Positions 1-14,624 of a stretch of DNA of 64,000 nt are shown here, in pieces; the first letter of the stretch is position 1, and each line of letters begins with the position of its first letter. The position numbers and the translations under genes were made by a program. Origin of the DNA: Octopus vulgaris (Eukaryota); assembly GCA_951406725.2 (NCBI GenBank), contig OX597837.1, positions 10,106,001 through 10,170,000 of the forward strand, read 5' to 3'. The notes beneath the pieces are model-generated. The model saw only the letters and a list, made by a program, of their open reading frames with translations. It ran no database searches and was not told the origin of the DNA.

Positions 1-32
1 ATACACCTGCTTGTTTTTCCCTCACCTGTCTT

Positions 33-87
<55 letters not shown>

Positions 88-174
88 ATATATATATTAT
101 ATGTAAAAAAAATACAAACTGGGACAAGAACGTAAAACATTTTGAAGACGATACAAAAAACACGGACAATTCGA

Positions 175-251
175 AGCCTTCAATCTTCAGTCAAGAACCG
201 GATCATCCTCGCAATATCGGCTGATTAATCTTGAGATCGCTCCAATCCAGC
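175..251 (-). ncRNA. Rearranged hammerhead-like motif, family 2, copy 1 (GAAA mutated to GAUA, probably inactive)
   Basis: Minus strand gcga-UC-ucaaga...agcc-GAUA-uugc...auccgg-u-ucuuga-CUGAAGA; homologous to 26851, 54269, 56504. Confidence 0.55.
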
Positions 252-491
252 CAGCCCCAAGGAAAACCTAAGCTACGAGCATTAGATTTCTTGGAAAAAG
301 GATCGAATTTATACGAAACAAGGACAGAAAAACGGACGATGCCACACGAATATAATTACAAAAAACAATAATAGTAATAACAGAACAAAAACAGCGGGTG
401 TCTTACGACTAAGATACATATGTATATGTGAAAATAGATAGATAGATAGACAGACAGATAGGCAGATTAAATATATGTACATATAAATATA

Positions 492-531
<40 letters not shown>

Positions 532-601
532 TTATTCAATATTTATATATATTTGTATATTTATATGTACATATATTTAATCTATATATATATAATCTAT
601 C

Positions 602-669
<68 letters not shown>

Positions 670-692
670 CTATCCCTCTATCTATATATCTA

Positions 693-728
<36 letters not shown>

Positions 729-1183
729 CATAATATATGTGGTCCGTGTGTGTTTGTGTTTGAGAGAGAGAGATAGAGAGAGCGTTATTTATAACATCAG
801 AAACACAATACTCTCTCCATCACAAAACGAAGCGTACATAACCCCTACCCGATACGCGCGCAATCACGCCCACCCCACTCCAAACAGGCTCTCACACACA
901 CATACACGCTCGCGTACGTACGCACACACACATTGTTTACAGTCTCCCCACATGTTGACATGTTTCATACTGCAACATGTAGCCAAACATAGATGCTTCG
1001 TAATTCAAGCAAAATAAAAAAAAAAAAAGCAGTCACTCCACTCGAAGCCCCAGGTGAAGTAGAGATACTTGCTGAAATGTCAACATTCCGCTGACACTAG
1101 AAATTAGGATCCAATACGAATTCTTCACATGGAACTCTATAAATGGTACTTCTTATTCATCACACCACTTCTCCATATCTACA

Positions 1184-1249
<66 letters not shown>

Positions 1250-1778
1250 TTTTCTATTTCGTTATCTCTTTCAATTGAATGCTCGTGGCCTGGTTGGTTA
1301 GGATGTATGGTTCATGACTATCAATACGTGGGTTCAATTCATGCATCGAGTTGATGACGGTGTCCATGTTGCTGATGGTAATGATGATGATGATAATCAT
1401 GCGAGTGATGATGAGCAAATGAGTTTTACTATAGTCCCGAGGAAGGGATTTGGTAGACGGAAACTATATCGAAGCCCTTCGTATATGTACTTATATGTGT
1501 CTTTGTGTTTGTGTTAGGGGGACAAACACACACACGACTAATATATATATATATATATACGACAGGCTTCTTTCAGTTTCCGTCACCAAATCCACTCACA
1601 AGTCTTTGCTCAGCCTAAGGCTACAGTATAAGAAATTTGTCCAAGGTACCGTACAGTAGAACCGAACCCAAAACCATGTCGTTGGGAAGCAAGCTTCTTA
1701 CCACACACCCATGACTGCATTAATGCCGTATGTTTAATTCCTCTTCTGATCTTTCTAATGTTATATTCTTTCGCTTAG

Positions 1779-1974
1779 GTATGGTCGTGGTGCCAGCTGG
1801 AGCAGCGGGCCAACTGCTGGGCGGTTACCTCAGTCGACGGTTACAGTTACATGTGAAGGGCATGGCACGAATGTGCATAATTACGTTGACACTGTCGTCT
1901 GTGGGGATAGCCGCATTTTGGGCCAGATGTGACTCTGTCCCGGTTGCAGGGATCAGTGCCAGCTACAATGCCAA
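1779..1974 (+). CDS. SLCO: OATP/SLCO organic anion transporter, internal exon (5' exons not found in the window)
   Basis: ttag acceptor and gtaagt donor; GMVVVPAGAAGQLLGGYLSRRLQL...FWARCDSVPVAGISASY resembles OATP TM8-TM9. Confidence 0.9.
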
Positions 1975-2133
1975 GTAAGTAATACATACGATATATGTTT
2001 GTGGGTAGGATGTACGTGTGTTTGTGGTGTTTATGTGGGTCCGTTATATGTTTTTTTGTTTGACGATGCCGTGTTGTTGTTGTTGTTACGACTAATATTA
2101 TTTTTCTATTTTTAATATTATTACGAAATACAG

Positions 2134-2287
2134 CAAACAACCGTACGACATCGTGAATCTCACTTCCAAATGTAACGAGTTGTGTCATTGTACCACTGAA
2201 ATTTATGAACCAGTCTGTTCCCCGGATGGCTTACAATATTTTTCACCCTGTCACGCTGGTTGCACCAAAATCTCAGCAAATGGAGAT
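2134..2287 (+). CDS. SLCO: OATP/SLCO exon, Kazal-like extracellular loop
   Basis: cag/gtaagt boundaries, phase-compatible; CNELCHCTTEIYEPVCSPDGLQYFSPCHAGC is the typical OATP Kazal-type motif (not in the ORF track). Confidence 0.93.
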
Positions 2288-2358
2288 GTAAGTTTTAAAA
2301 TGCTTTCCTTTTCATAACTATTTAACTAGCTAGACAACTGAATATGACTGATATATAA

Positions 2359-2483
<125 letters not shown>

Positions 2484-2897
2484 ATAATCTAGTGAAGGCG
2501 CATGGCTCAGTGGTTGAGCATCGAGCTTACGATCGTGAAGTTGTGAGCTCGAATCCCGGACCGGGCTGCGTGTTGTGTTCTTTAGCAGGGATGAAAGGCA
2601 AAGTCGACCTCGGCGGAATTTGAACTCAGAACGTAGCGGCAGACGAAATACCGCTAAGCATTTCGCCCGGCGTGCTAACGTTCCTGCCAGCTCGCCGCCT
2701 TCCAGCATTCACATATATCTATATGAGGGTATGTATGCGGAATGTAATGTGCGCGTGTGAGTATCTGTCTGTATGTCTGGATGTGTTTCTCTCTATACTG
2801 TTTACTCTTTACTCTTTTACTTGTTGCAGTCATTTGACTGTGGCCATGCTGGAGCACCGCCTTTACTAAGATTTTTTTTTCCTATGTTTATTTTCAG

Positions 2898-3088
2898 TTT
2901 TACATGAACTGCATGTGCGTTGAAAGTCCAGTAAATTTTCAACAGCAGCCAACAGTAGAACCACAGACCGTGTCGCGAAACACCTGCGTGCATGACTGCA
3001 CACAGATTTATTTCTTCCTACCCGCTGTCTTTCTCAACGTGTTCTTTAGTTTTATAGCACAGACCCCATTGGTATCAATGGTTCTCAG
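2898..3088 (+). CDS. SLCO: OATP/SLCO exon (end of loop 5 and TM10)
   Basis: ttttcag acceptor, gtaggt donor; FYMNCMCV...CVHDCTQIYFFLPAVF...LVSMVLR. Confidence 0.9.
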
Positions 3089-3269
3089 GTAGGTACTAAT
3101 TTGCATTTTGTTTTTTTTTACTTTGTTTTCCTTTACTTTGACTGCGGCCATGCTGGGGCATCTCTTTGAAAGGTTTCAATTGACTATTTTTTAAGTTTAG
3201 TTCTTTTTCTATCCGAAGACGTAAACAAACAAACACCGGTTATCATGTTGTCAAGATATATACATACAT

Positions 3270-3605
3270 ACATGGTGGCTGCCCCCTCGTTATCGAGTAT
3301 GGCCATTGCACGAAGCTTAATCAATGTTGTTATCGTGCAATGCCTGTGCAAGAAGATTTTTTTTTAAAGTGAGGAAAGGCTGTGCACTGAGTCAATCCTA
3401 CTTACTAAGCAACAGCAGCCATAATCCGAAAAGAAGAACAAGTCAACATCATCGGTAACCACTGAGCCGCGGGTTTTATGTCAGAATTATCCCAGTTACC
3501 TGAGTTACCTTCTCCTAGAAGGATGCCCTAACAAAGGCCAGGAGTCCTTCACTCCCAATGGTTTAACCGCGCGATCAGGTATTCAGTCCGATTATTTCTA
3601 TCTCC
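3270..3605 (-). mobile_element. Dispersed RTE-related non-coding repeat (second copy at ~15800-16350)
   Basis: Two highly similar copies in the window; ccttctcctag...aaaggctaggagtcc resembles RTE 5' regions. Confidence 0.55.
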
Positions 3606-3646
3606 CAGCATACATACATACATACATACATACATACATACATACA

Positions 3647-3680
<34 letters not shown>

Positions 3681-3731
3681 CATACACACGCACACACACA
3701 CATACATACATACATACATACATACATACAT

Positions 3732-3762
<31 letters not shown>

Positions 3763-3829
3763 TACATACATACATACATACATACATACATACATACATA
3801 CATACATACATACATACATACATACATAC

Positions 3830-3872
<43 letters not shown>

Positions 3873-4243
3873 CATACATACATACATACATGCTTACATG
3901 TATGTATGTGTGTATACCCAATTCCCTCTCAAATCTTTGCACGCCCCATGGCTATAGTAGAAGTGCTGTGCAATGGGACTGAACCCAAGATCCTATGATC
4001 AGAAAGCAACCTTGTTAACCTCAGAGCCCCGCCTGCATCTATTGTATATGTTTTTGTTCTACAGCCAGCCATCCGCCACCGCCCCACTATGACCTCTACG
4101 TCCACTGGCAGCACCAATTTGTGGGAAGGGAGTTACTGCTACTGCCACTACATTCGCTCGTTTCCAACACAACCTCTAAACGGACTGAGCGCGCTCACTG
4201 CCTGGCTGTTTCTGTGTAGGCTTAAATTTCTTTAAGCCGTTCA

Positions 4244-4279
4244 CTTCCGATGATGGGTCTTCGTGCTCGAAATATAAAG
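4244..4279 (+). ncRNA. Minimal type-I hammerhead-like motif (Penelope-type), CCGAUGA core
   Basis: cuu-CCGAUGA-u-gggu(cuucgu)gcuc-GAAA-u-AUA-aag. Confidence 0.4.
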
Positions 4280-4495
4280 ATTGCTAAACATACACTTTTC
4301 GCTTTATAAGAATCTCTCTGCTTTCATTATTTGTTAAATCCTTAAAATCCTTTAAAATGTTTTAGCCCGTAGACCGCGGCCTTGCTGGGGCACCACCGCT
4401 GTTATTTTACTTTTGCATCACAATGCTTCGAGCAAGCCACAACGCTCTTCTCCCAGCACATATTTTCATATCATTTTTTTTCTGTTGTTTTCCAG

Positions 4496-5096
4496 ATGCA
4501 CAGATCAAGACCAAAGAGCATTTGCATTAGGACTCAATGCTTTCCTCGTTCGCATGCTTGGTAGTTTACCGGGCCCACTTCTCATTGGAACAATCATCGA
4601 CAGGGCATGTTCAGTGTGGCAGTCAACATGCGAAGGAGATTCTTCCTGTTGGATTTACAACGACATAGGACTAGCTGCCAACCTCATCGTGCTAGTCCTT
4701 ACTCTGCGCCTCGTTTCCATTGTCAGCCTCTTTCTCGCCGATCGTTTTCACAAACCATTTACATCGTCAGCCCCAACAGAAGCACCAACACGGACAACGA
4801 CGACCACGACGACGACGACGACAGCGGCGTTGGCAGTGACGGGAGGGGCGGGTTCGGGGCCAGGGGTGGTGTCTGGAGCAGGGACGGGTCGGGGGGGATC
4901 GGGTTTGGCGGGAAGCAATACAAATACATATTCGCCGCCGCAGCCGTCGCCACCTAATAAAGACGTTGTTGGTGTTGGCGGTGACCACCACCAGCGAACT
5001 AGTGACGTTTATTCAGAAAATTTAGTTATACCAAAACGCTATAGTGTACATATACTTGAAAACGATATACAAAATTATAACCCGGTAGACGTATGA
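4496..5096 (+). CDS. SLCO: OATP/SLCO terminal coding exon (TM11-12 plus low-complexity tail)
   Basis: ttccag acceptor; RCTDQDQRAFALG...RMLGSLPGPLLIGTIIDRACSVWQSTCEGDSSCWIYN matches the OATP C-terminal signature; TGA ends at 5096. Confidence 0.93.
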
Positions 5097-5347
5097 TATC
5101 ACTATGTAATAAACAAAAACAAACAAACAAAAGAGAAAAAAAAACAAGAAATTTGTATCAAACAAAATATACAAACAAAAATTCTTTTAAAAAAATATTA
5201 TTATCCGGAAAAATACTTTTAAAACAAAAAAATATGGAAACGGAAATGAAGTTATTAGTAAAATTTTAAAGTAAAAATCAAAAAAAATAGATGACGATGA
5301 TGGGGGAAATGGCTGAAAGGTGAAAGTAGTAAGAAAAAAATTCAGCA

Positions 5348-5353
5348 TGTATA

Positions 5354-5450
<97 letters not shown>

Positions 5451-6040
5451 ATATATATATGTGTATATGTATGTATGTATGTATATATATATATATGTGT
5501 ATATGTATGTATGTATATATATATGTGTGTATATGTATGTATATATATATATATGTGTATATGTATGTATGTATATATATATATGTGTATATGTATGTAT
5601 GTATGTATATATATATATGTGTATATGTATGTATGTATGTATATATATATATGTGTATATGTATGTATGTATGTATATATATATGTGTATATGTATATAT
5701 GTATATATATATATATGTGTATATGTATGTATGTATGTATATATATATGTGTATATGTATGTATGTATATATATATATGTGTATGTATGTATGTATGTAT
5801 ATATATATATGTGTATATGTATGTATGTATATATATATATGTGTATATGTATGTATGTATATATATATATGTGTATATGTATGTATATATATATATGTGT
5901 ATATGTATGTATGTATATATATGTGTATATATATGTATGTATGCATATGTATCTATGTATATGTATATATATATACTATGTATATCATAAATATGTATAT
6001 AAATACATATATATGTGTGTATGTGTGTATGTATATATCA
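5348..6040. repeat. Compound (TA)n/(TATG)n microsatellite; similar blocks at 3609-3900, 8480-8950, 14040-14850, 15190-15580, 23570-24155, 24486-24785, 31345-32140, 56170-56445
   Basis: Directly visible. Confidence 0.95.
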
Positions 6041-6269
6041 ATATGAAGGATGAAAAAGAAAGAAAGAAGGGATGAAAGAGAGGTTTTGTTTGTTTTTATA
6101 CTCGTTTTCGTTGTTTGTTTGATTGTTTGTTTTTGATAATTTTATTTTAAATTTAAAACAAAAAAGATTTTTTTTTTTAATAGTAATTTTTGAGTTTTTT
6201 TACTTTTTTGATGTGGCGGGTAAGGTAAAAATTCTCAGAGGTAAATGGAAAAATATCTTCTTTTGGTGA

Positions 6270-7750
6270 AATTGTGTTCAACTAGAGGTTAAAAAAAAAT
6301 ATCTTTCTTCCCTGTAGCCACTGGGTCAGTCTGTAGTCAGAGATATAACACATATTTCTTCCTTGCCAATTTCTGAGGAACCTGAAGCAAACACTTTCTT
6401 CCATGCCAATCTCTGATGAAATAGGGGTAAAATCACTGATCCTCTTCCACCTGTGATTAGCCGGTGGTTAAATATCTCTCTTCCATCTCACTCTCTGGTC
6501 AACTAGAAATAAAACCTTTAGTTGAGATCTCTTTGCCTAACTCTGACCACCAGACTTAAAACCTCTGCTGTTCTCCAACTTCAGATCAACCACGGGGGGA
6601 ATCTCTCTCTATTTTAATATTTAGTCGCTCAGATGTGAATCCCAGACCAAGCAGAGAGGGAGGATTTCTTCTTTGCCAATATCAGGTTCGCCAGAGACAA
6701 AATATCTCATTTCCCTGTATCTCTCTTCTGTGGTCAGTCAGAAGTCAAACCGATACACTTGTCCAGCCAGTTTAACCACAAGTTATATCCCTCTATTCTT
6801 TGTTATTCTCTGGTCAGCCAGAGGTAAAATCGCTACGCTTGACCAACCCATTTAACCAGAAGTTATATCTCCCTCTTCCTTGCTTGTCTTTGGTCAGCCA
6901 GAAGTAAAATCGCTAGTCGTCTTCAGCCTTTGATTAACCAGGGGTTAAATCCCTCTTCCATTTCACATTCTCTGGTCAACCAAAGGCGAAATCCCTTGTT
7001 GAAAACTCCCTGTCAAACTCTGACCACCAGACGTAAAACCTCTGTTGCTGTTTGTTATCAGATCAACCAGAGGAGAAATCTCTTTTCCAAATATATCCTC
7101 TGTCATCCAGTTTTGAAATCTAATTTCTTTACCAAACCCAGATTAAACTGAATGGATTTTTGTTTCCTTGTCCAAACTCTGGTCCCCAGACATAAAACGT
7201 CGGCTGTTGTCCGACTTGGGATCAACCAGAGTAGAATTCCTTTTCCATATCGATTTCCAGTCATCCATTTATAAAATTGAATTTGATTGTCAAACCGAAA
7301 TCCATTAGAGATGAAATTTGTCTAAATTTCAAGTCAAGGAGAGATTAAAATATCTCTCTTCCATGTCTGTCTCTGGTCAGCCAAAGGTAAAAACCATTAT
7401 CCCTGTTCAGACCATGTTTAACTGGAGGTAAAACTTCTCTCTGTCGATCTCAGGTAAAACAGAGGTAAGCGAAATCTCTCTTATGAATTTCTAGTCAACC
7501 AGATTTGAAAGTTCTTCCTTGTCCTTCTTCCTTCTCAGGTAAATCAGAAAAAAGGCGAAATCTCTCTTCCATGTCAATCTTTGGTTAACCAGATATGAAA
7601 CGGCTCTTCCTAATCAATCTCAGGTAAACCAGAGGTGAAATCCCCTTCCTTGCAAAATTTCTGGTTAACCAAAGATAAAATTCTCTCTCCTTTCTCAATC
7701 TCTGCTTAACTAAAGATTACTTTTCTCCAATCAGTTTCTGATCAATTAGG
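6270..7750. repeat. Degenerate ~40-bp tandem array with palindromic core (ctctggt-ca/ta-accagag)
   Basis: 40-bp register clear at 6361/6401 and 7561/7601/7641/7681; higher-order blocks at 6541, 7018, 7177. Confidence 0.8.
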
Positions 7751-8597
7751 GAGAGATAAAAAAAAAACTTATTCATGGCCTAACCAAAAACGCAATGTGG
7801 TTTTCATGCACCACTTATAATTAATTGCTGCAGTTAATTCTTTATACAACTACAGACAGAATGACCTTGGGAAGGTATGAGTGTCACAACATCAACATCC
7901 ATCCGTTTCTTCCTCCTGCTCTTCTCTGTCCCTTGAACAATTTTTACGACCATTGAATTCGAACACCTGCTACAATCAGCCTCACTACCCGCCCTCAAAA
8001 TATAACAAAAAAAGGAGAGAAAGAAAAATATGCATTAAGAGCTATTTGGACCGAGAACTAGAAGGCTTCAGTATGATGTAAGAGGTGTGTATGTTTCCAG
8101 TACGACGATTACCCGATACACGGTTTCGATTCTTGCTAGAAACTTACTCACTTCACATAAATCACTAATCTAATACTGCTCAGAAATGAATGAAAGACTC
8201 CTAATCAACTAATTAACATATCCCATCCACAACCAACCATAGTGTTTAAAACATTATACGGGCTTTTGTGCCTAACCAAAAGAAGATGTTTTTTTTTAAA
8301 GTTTTCACTTTTGTTGTTTGTTATATTTTAAAATATTTTTTTAATTGTTTTGTTTAATTATTTTATTCTTAAAAAAAGAAAAAAGAAAAGAAAATTGAAC
8401 AGAAAAAATATGTTACATAAGAAATACATTGAGAAGTTGTTATAGTTTTTCATTATTTCTTTTATATGGAAGTGTCTGTGAGTGTTTCTTGTGTATGTCT
8501 GTGTATATGTGTGAGTGCGCGTGTATATATGCATGTATATATATATATGTATGTATATACATATATATACATGCGTTATATATATATATACATATAG

Positions 8598-8630
<33 letters not shown>

Positions 8631-9682
8631 TATATGTATATATATATACATATGAATATAAATATATATATACACATATATGTATATATATATTAATATA
8701 TATATATATATATATAAATATATAAACACATATATGTATATATATATATTCAGATATATACATATTTATGTGTGTGTGTGTATGTATATATACATATATA
8801 TTCAGATAAATACATATATGTGTATGTATATATATTTATAAGTATATATATATACTATATATACACACATATATATACATATATATATACATACATATAT
8901 GTATACGTATATATATATATATTTATATGTATGTATGTATACATATACACGTGTGCATGTTTGCCAGTATATGTGGGAGTGTGTATGCGTATGTACAATA
9001 TGCAAATGTTATTTTCATGACGCAATTATGAGAACGTATCTCGATGTACATAATAGATTTTGCAGCGGATAAAGTACAAACCACCATACGTGGTAATTAT
9101 TACAAATGTATCAGATTTGAAAGGCATGCAAGAAGTCACGTACAGGTAAGAACAAGCTTGAAAAGCCGAATATCGAAGCCAATTATAATTATATCATACC
9201 TTTGGATCAATACATCAAGTTTCTAGAATTCATTCAGATTTTTATTCCTTCATCAGCGAATCAAGAAAAGTGATAATTTTTGTTTTGTATTTTTTCCCCA
9301 CCTTTTGAGTATTCTGAGACCCCCCTTCGGTCACGACACTGACCATAGGATTGCACCTAGAAAGTAGCCCTCCCAGGCACAAGTCCGGGCAAGGTTGTTT
9401 ATGGGAGACCAGCAGTCGCCCATGCATACCGGCCTTGCCTCTCCACGCCACTGATGTTGTCCAAGGGAAAGGCAAAGGGGCCGATACAGCTTGGCACCTG
9501 TGACGTCGCAATTCATTTCTACAGCTGAGAAATTAGGCTTCTCAAAACCAGAAAAGAGAAAGCTAATTCGAAGATTACAGATCCAGTCTATCACTGGAAC
9601 TGTAAAACTCTGTAAAACTTTCCAGAAGTTTATCGAAGTAAGCTAGCGGTTCGACAAAAAGGCAGATAGAATACGTTGCTGA

Positions 9683-10014
9683 GACCCCCTTCGGTCATGA
9701 CTGACCCTGGGATTGCACCTAGAAAGTTACCAACCCAGGCACAAGTCCGGGCAAGGTTGTTTATGGAAGACCAGCAGTCGCCTATGCATACCGGCCTTGC
9801 CTCTCCATGCCACTGATGTTGTCCAAGGGAAAGACAATGGGGCCGATACAGCTTGGCACCTGTGACGTCGCAATTCATTTCTACAGCTGAGTGAACTGGA
9901 GCAACGTGAAATAAAGTGTCTTGCTCAAAAACGTAACACGCAGCCAGGTCCGGGATTCGAGCTCACAACATCACGATCGTAAGCTCGACGCTCTAACCAC
10001 TGAGCCATGCGCCT
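9683..10014 (-). mobile_element. tRNA-derived SINE (related copies at 9318-9530 and 24160-24487)
   Basis: Minus-strand head aggcgcatggctcagtggttagagcg...gagctcgaatccc with A/B boxes; body shared among three copies. Confidence 0.85.
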
Positions 10015-10300
10015 TTTGAGTAAGTCCTCTATTAGGACGTGACCAAAAGCATCTGGCCCAAAACAAAATGTTAATCCTTCTAACTAAAGATTCGCAAGCC
10101 GTGAGCAACCACGTGGCATCGTCTTCAGTGTTCTCCATGTTATGTAGGTGTAAAGTAAAGCAACCAAATTCGAGCTTCGTTGAAATAAAGAATTAATTGA
10201 GACCACTGATATGGCGGGCTGTTGCCACTGAGGAGAAACGAAAGTGTCCCACAAGAAATTTCGTTCTAAATCTTTCTCGAGATAAATGTAATTTCCGCAC

Positions 10301-10340
<40 letters not shown>

Positions 10341-13300
10341 GGGGGGGAGATAAATAGATAGATATAATATATATATAGATAAATATTATATATACATATA
10401 ATATATATATATATCACCGTGACCGACCAGGCTACACATCGCTGGTCACAATGCGCTTCGCATTGTTTTAGCCTTCAAATGACGCCACCCCGCTGGTTAA
10501 GTGAGCAGACCAATATATATATATATATACACACATGCAAAAGAAGAATATTTTATAAGATTTCTAAATCCGAAATTAAACCGACACTCCGTATAATAAA
10601 AAATGGTAGAAGAATATTTATGACGAAAACCAAAAGTCCGAAAATAAACCGGAAATAAAACTACCCCTCCCACAAAAATAAGGACTTCCTCTTTAAGAGC
10701 ACGTGTGTTTGGAAAGGTTTAACGAAAGGCGCTCGCGTATTAGGAAAAACGCCTTACCAAAAAAGGTTAGTAGCATTCTCAAGATTTCATAACATTTAAA
10801 AAATTCCTTTTGTTAAATCACCTTTGCACTCCGTGAACTGTATTAAGGTAATCCTCACAGTTTATCAAATGTGTGTGTGTGTGCTATTGAAAGCCAAGAG
10901 GAGAATGGAGATTCATTCACAGCCAAAACTTTTTATAAAAATGTTTTCTACATCCTATACAACAATGACTAACGTATGTTTCTGCTGCACCAACTGCACA
11001 TTGCTCTGTCTGCAGTGATGCATCCAAGTCGCTATAATTTCATCTAGGCCCCATCACTTACGACATTTTCAAAGTGAACTAATTCGATCAAGCTTCCTGC
11101 TTTGGTATTCAGTTGAATGTGGTACCGTTACTTTTTAAATAGATTTGAATTCTGCTCTTACAATCACCTCTACTTGTTCTAAAATGTTCATTTATATTTC
11201 TAATAATTGTAGCAGTTTTGTTTACATTTTGCTGGATGGAGTACTTTATTTATTCATAGGTATTTCGCTTATTTGGGGTTTATACCCTCAATTAATATTA
11301 TTGTTATTATTATAATTATATTTAGGGCGGCGAGCTGGCAGAATCGTTAGCACGCTGGGCGAAATACTTGACGGTATTTTGTCTACCGCTACGTTCTGAG
11401 TTCAAATTCCGCTGAGTTCGACCTTGCTTTTCATCCTTCGCAGTCGATTAAATAAGTACCAATTACACACTGGGGTCGATGTAATCGACTTATTCCCCTC
11501 CCCTAAGCTGTCCTTGTGATAAAAATCATGATTGTAAGGTTGTGGTTTCGATTCCTAGACTGAGCGATGCGTTGTGTTCTTGAGCAAAACACTTCATTTT
11601 CACGTTGTTCCAATCCACTCAGCAGGTAAACATGAGTAATCCTGCGACGGACCTGTGTCGAGTAGAATAGGATATTTTCGTTTCCGTTTATTAACACGCC
11701 GGGCGAAATGCTTTGCGGTATTTCGTCTGCCGTTACGTTCTGACTTCAAATTCCGCCGAGGTTGACTTTGCCTTTCATCCTTTCGGGGTCGATCAATTAA
11801 GTACAAGTTGCGTACTGGGGTCGATATAATCGACTGCCCCTCCTCTCCAGAAATTTCAGACTTTGTGCCTAGTGTAGAAAAGAATAATACTGGCACCGTA
11901 GTAGCTGTGGGGTAAGAATTTTGCTTTCCAACCACAGGGTTCCGGGTTCAGTCCCACCGCATGGCATTTTGGGCAAGTGTCTTCTACAACAGCTTCGAGC
12001 TGACCAAAGCCTTGAGCAGATTTGGTAGACAGAACCTGGTAGAATTCCATTGGGTGTTTGTGTATGCGAGTGTGTCTTCATGGGTTTGTCCTCCAAATAC
12101 AGACCTAAAGACATGCACACAGATAAACATATATATGTACATATACGATGGGATTCTGTACAGTTTCCGCCTATAGAATAGATTCACGAGGCTTTGGTCA
12201 GTCTGGATCTATAGTAGAACACATTTTCCTATCATCATCATAATCATTATCATCATCACCATCGGGTCACCCTGGGCAAGTGTCTTCTACGATAACGTTG
12301 AATTATTCCAAAGCCTTGTAAGTGGATTTGGTTGACAGAAACTGAAAGAAACGGATTTGGTAGACAGAACCCCACCCCCATTTCCGCTTGACAATTAGTG
12401 TTGGTGTGTTTACGTCCTCGTAACTCAGCGGTTCGTGCCAAGAGATCGATAGAATAAATACAAGGCTTAAGAAATAAGTCCTGGGGGCGATTTGTGATCA
12501 TCGCTTGACAACCTGTGTTGTAAACGATATACCTATTTCTTTACGACCCACAACGGGCTAAACAGAGGGGACAGACATAGGTATTAAGTCGATTACATCG
12601 ACCCCAGTGCGTAACTGGTACTTAATTTATCGACCCCGAAAGGATGAAAGGCAAAGTCGACCTCGGCGGAATTTGAACTCACAACGTAACGGGGTTATGG
12701 TCACGACATCTCGCCCGCTATTACCATAGCAAATAGCAACTCCTGGCTTTCGCATACAATCAGTTTTCATCATAGCCCAGAACTGTCTATGACCATAACG
12801 CATAAAAATGCCATGAATACCTCAAGGATAAGGCTACGATAACAACATGTTTTTTGCAGGCTATATGCTATAATCCGCTTCAGATGAACATTAATACGTA
12901 TGTACGTATTCCTGATGCTTCATTGACATAGTCAACATAGAGTTGTCACCCTTGCATTGATTCAATGCAAGCGCAGTTAATGACTAGTTACTTGTGCCAT
13001 ATATATGTGTAAGCATTCGATTTGTTTGAGCACGCTTACGTTAAAAAGCAATTTTAGAATGACTTTTTTTCTGTGAAAACACTAAAAATAACTGACCAAC
13101 AAAAAAAAATCCAAGATTCAACGAAATCAAAGCATAGACCCAAATACTAAGCGAACAAAGATGAATCATCCTACTTCCATTGCACACACACACACACATT
13201 CACATACCCTCCCCCTATTACATACACGCACATATATTCACACAGAGTTGAAACGCTGTTTGATTTATTTTTCAGCGTACAATTTTCATCATCCCACTAC

Positions 13301-14143
13301 CAAGTATGACATCACCCCCTTCCTTTCTCGATCATAAACACAAGAGTATTATTATAGTAGATTATCTCAGTAACCATGGAAGCTATGACAAAATACAAAA
13401 CCCAACATCACCACAACGGATCATTCTACACATCTGTGTAATTTTTCGCGTAATTCCACGCAGCCGTTTGACCGTGAATCCCAAGACAAGAAAGAATCGC
13501 CCATGTCAAATTTATGTATATTGATAATGTGCTTGGTGTCGCTGTTGGGATTTGAAATCAGAACGTAAAGACGGCCGACATGGCATTAAGCGTTTTACTC
13601 GACGTCCTAACGGATCTGCCAGCACGGGAGCAGGTATGTATGTATGTAGGTAGGTAGGTAGGTAGGTAGGTAGGAATGGAACCGAGTCAATTCATTATTT
13701 AAAAACATGCGTAAAACATATGTGTTGCGTCCTACTTACTATCGTTTGTCCACTCGTGTAAATATGTGTGTTTGTGTGTGTATGCATGTGTGTATATATA
13801 TATGCATATAGATATGTATAAATGTCTGTGCGTAATTGCATGTATGTATGTATGCATATGTATATATATATATATATATATATTTACATATAAATATCTT
13901 ATATGTTTGTGTGTGTGTCTGTGTACAAGCCTGCACGTATGTATATATCAATTTGTAGATACACATATATACCTATACAAACGTATATTAAAAATATATG
14001 TGTGTGTGTTCGTGCTGTGTGTGAGCGGATATATAGATATATAGATAGATAGATAGATAGATCTATATATATATATATGTATGTATATATATATATATGT
14101 ATATATATATATGTATATATATGTATGTTTATATATATGTATG

Positions 14144-14183
<40 letters not shown>

Positions 14184-14207
14184 TATGTATATATATATAT
14201 ATGTATG

Positions 14208-14239
<32 letters not shown>

Positions 14240-14269
14240 TATATATGTATGTATGTATATATATATATG

Positions 14270-14367
<98 letters not shown>

Positions 14368-14557
14368 TGTATGTATATATATATATGTATGTATATATAT
14401 ATGTATGTATATATATATGTATGTATATATATATATGTATGTACATATATATATATGTATGTATATATATATATATGTATGTATGTATATATGTATGTAT
14501 GTATGTATATATGTATATATGTATATATGTATATATATATATGTATATATATATGTA

Positions 14558-14624
<67 letters not shown>

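Noticed and set aside
2496-2570. tRNA-like sequences (also ~9950-10014, 37860-37930, 51125-51195, 53505-53575)
   Set aside because: They run directly into SINE bodies and lack a full cloverleaf acceptor stem, so they are SINE heads rather than tRNA genes.
5278-6075. Many long YI/MYVC/HT-rich ORFs (also 13948-14939, 23548-24372, 31182-32338, 55832-56553)
   Set aside because: Translations of (TA)n/(TATG)n/(CA)n microsatellites that lack stop codons; no coding signal beyond the embedded real exons.
6270-7750. CRISPR-like appearance of the 40-bp palindromic array
   Set aside because: Whole units are homologous with no unique spacers, there are no cas genes, and the context is eukaryotic.
13370-13383. 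X-box-like GTAACCATGGAAGC
   Set aside because: Mismatch in the conserved AAC half-site and no gene start identified nearby.
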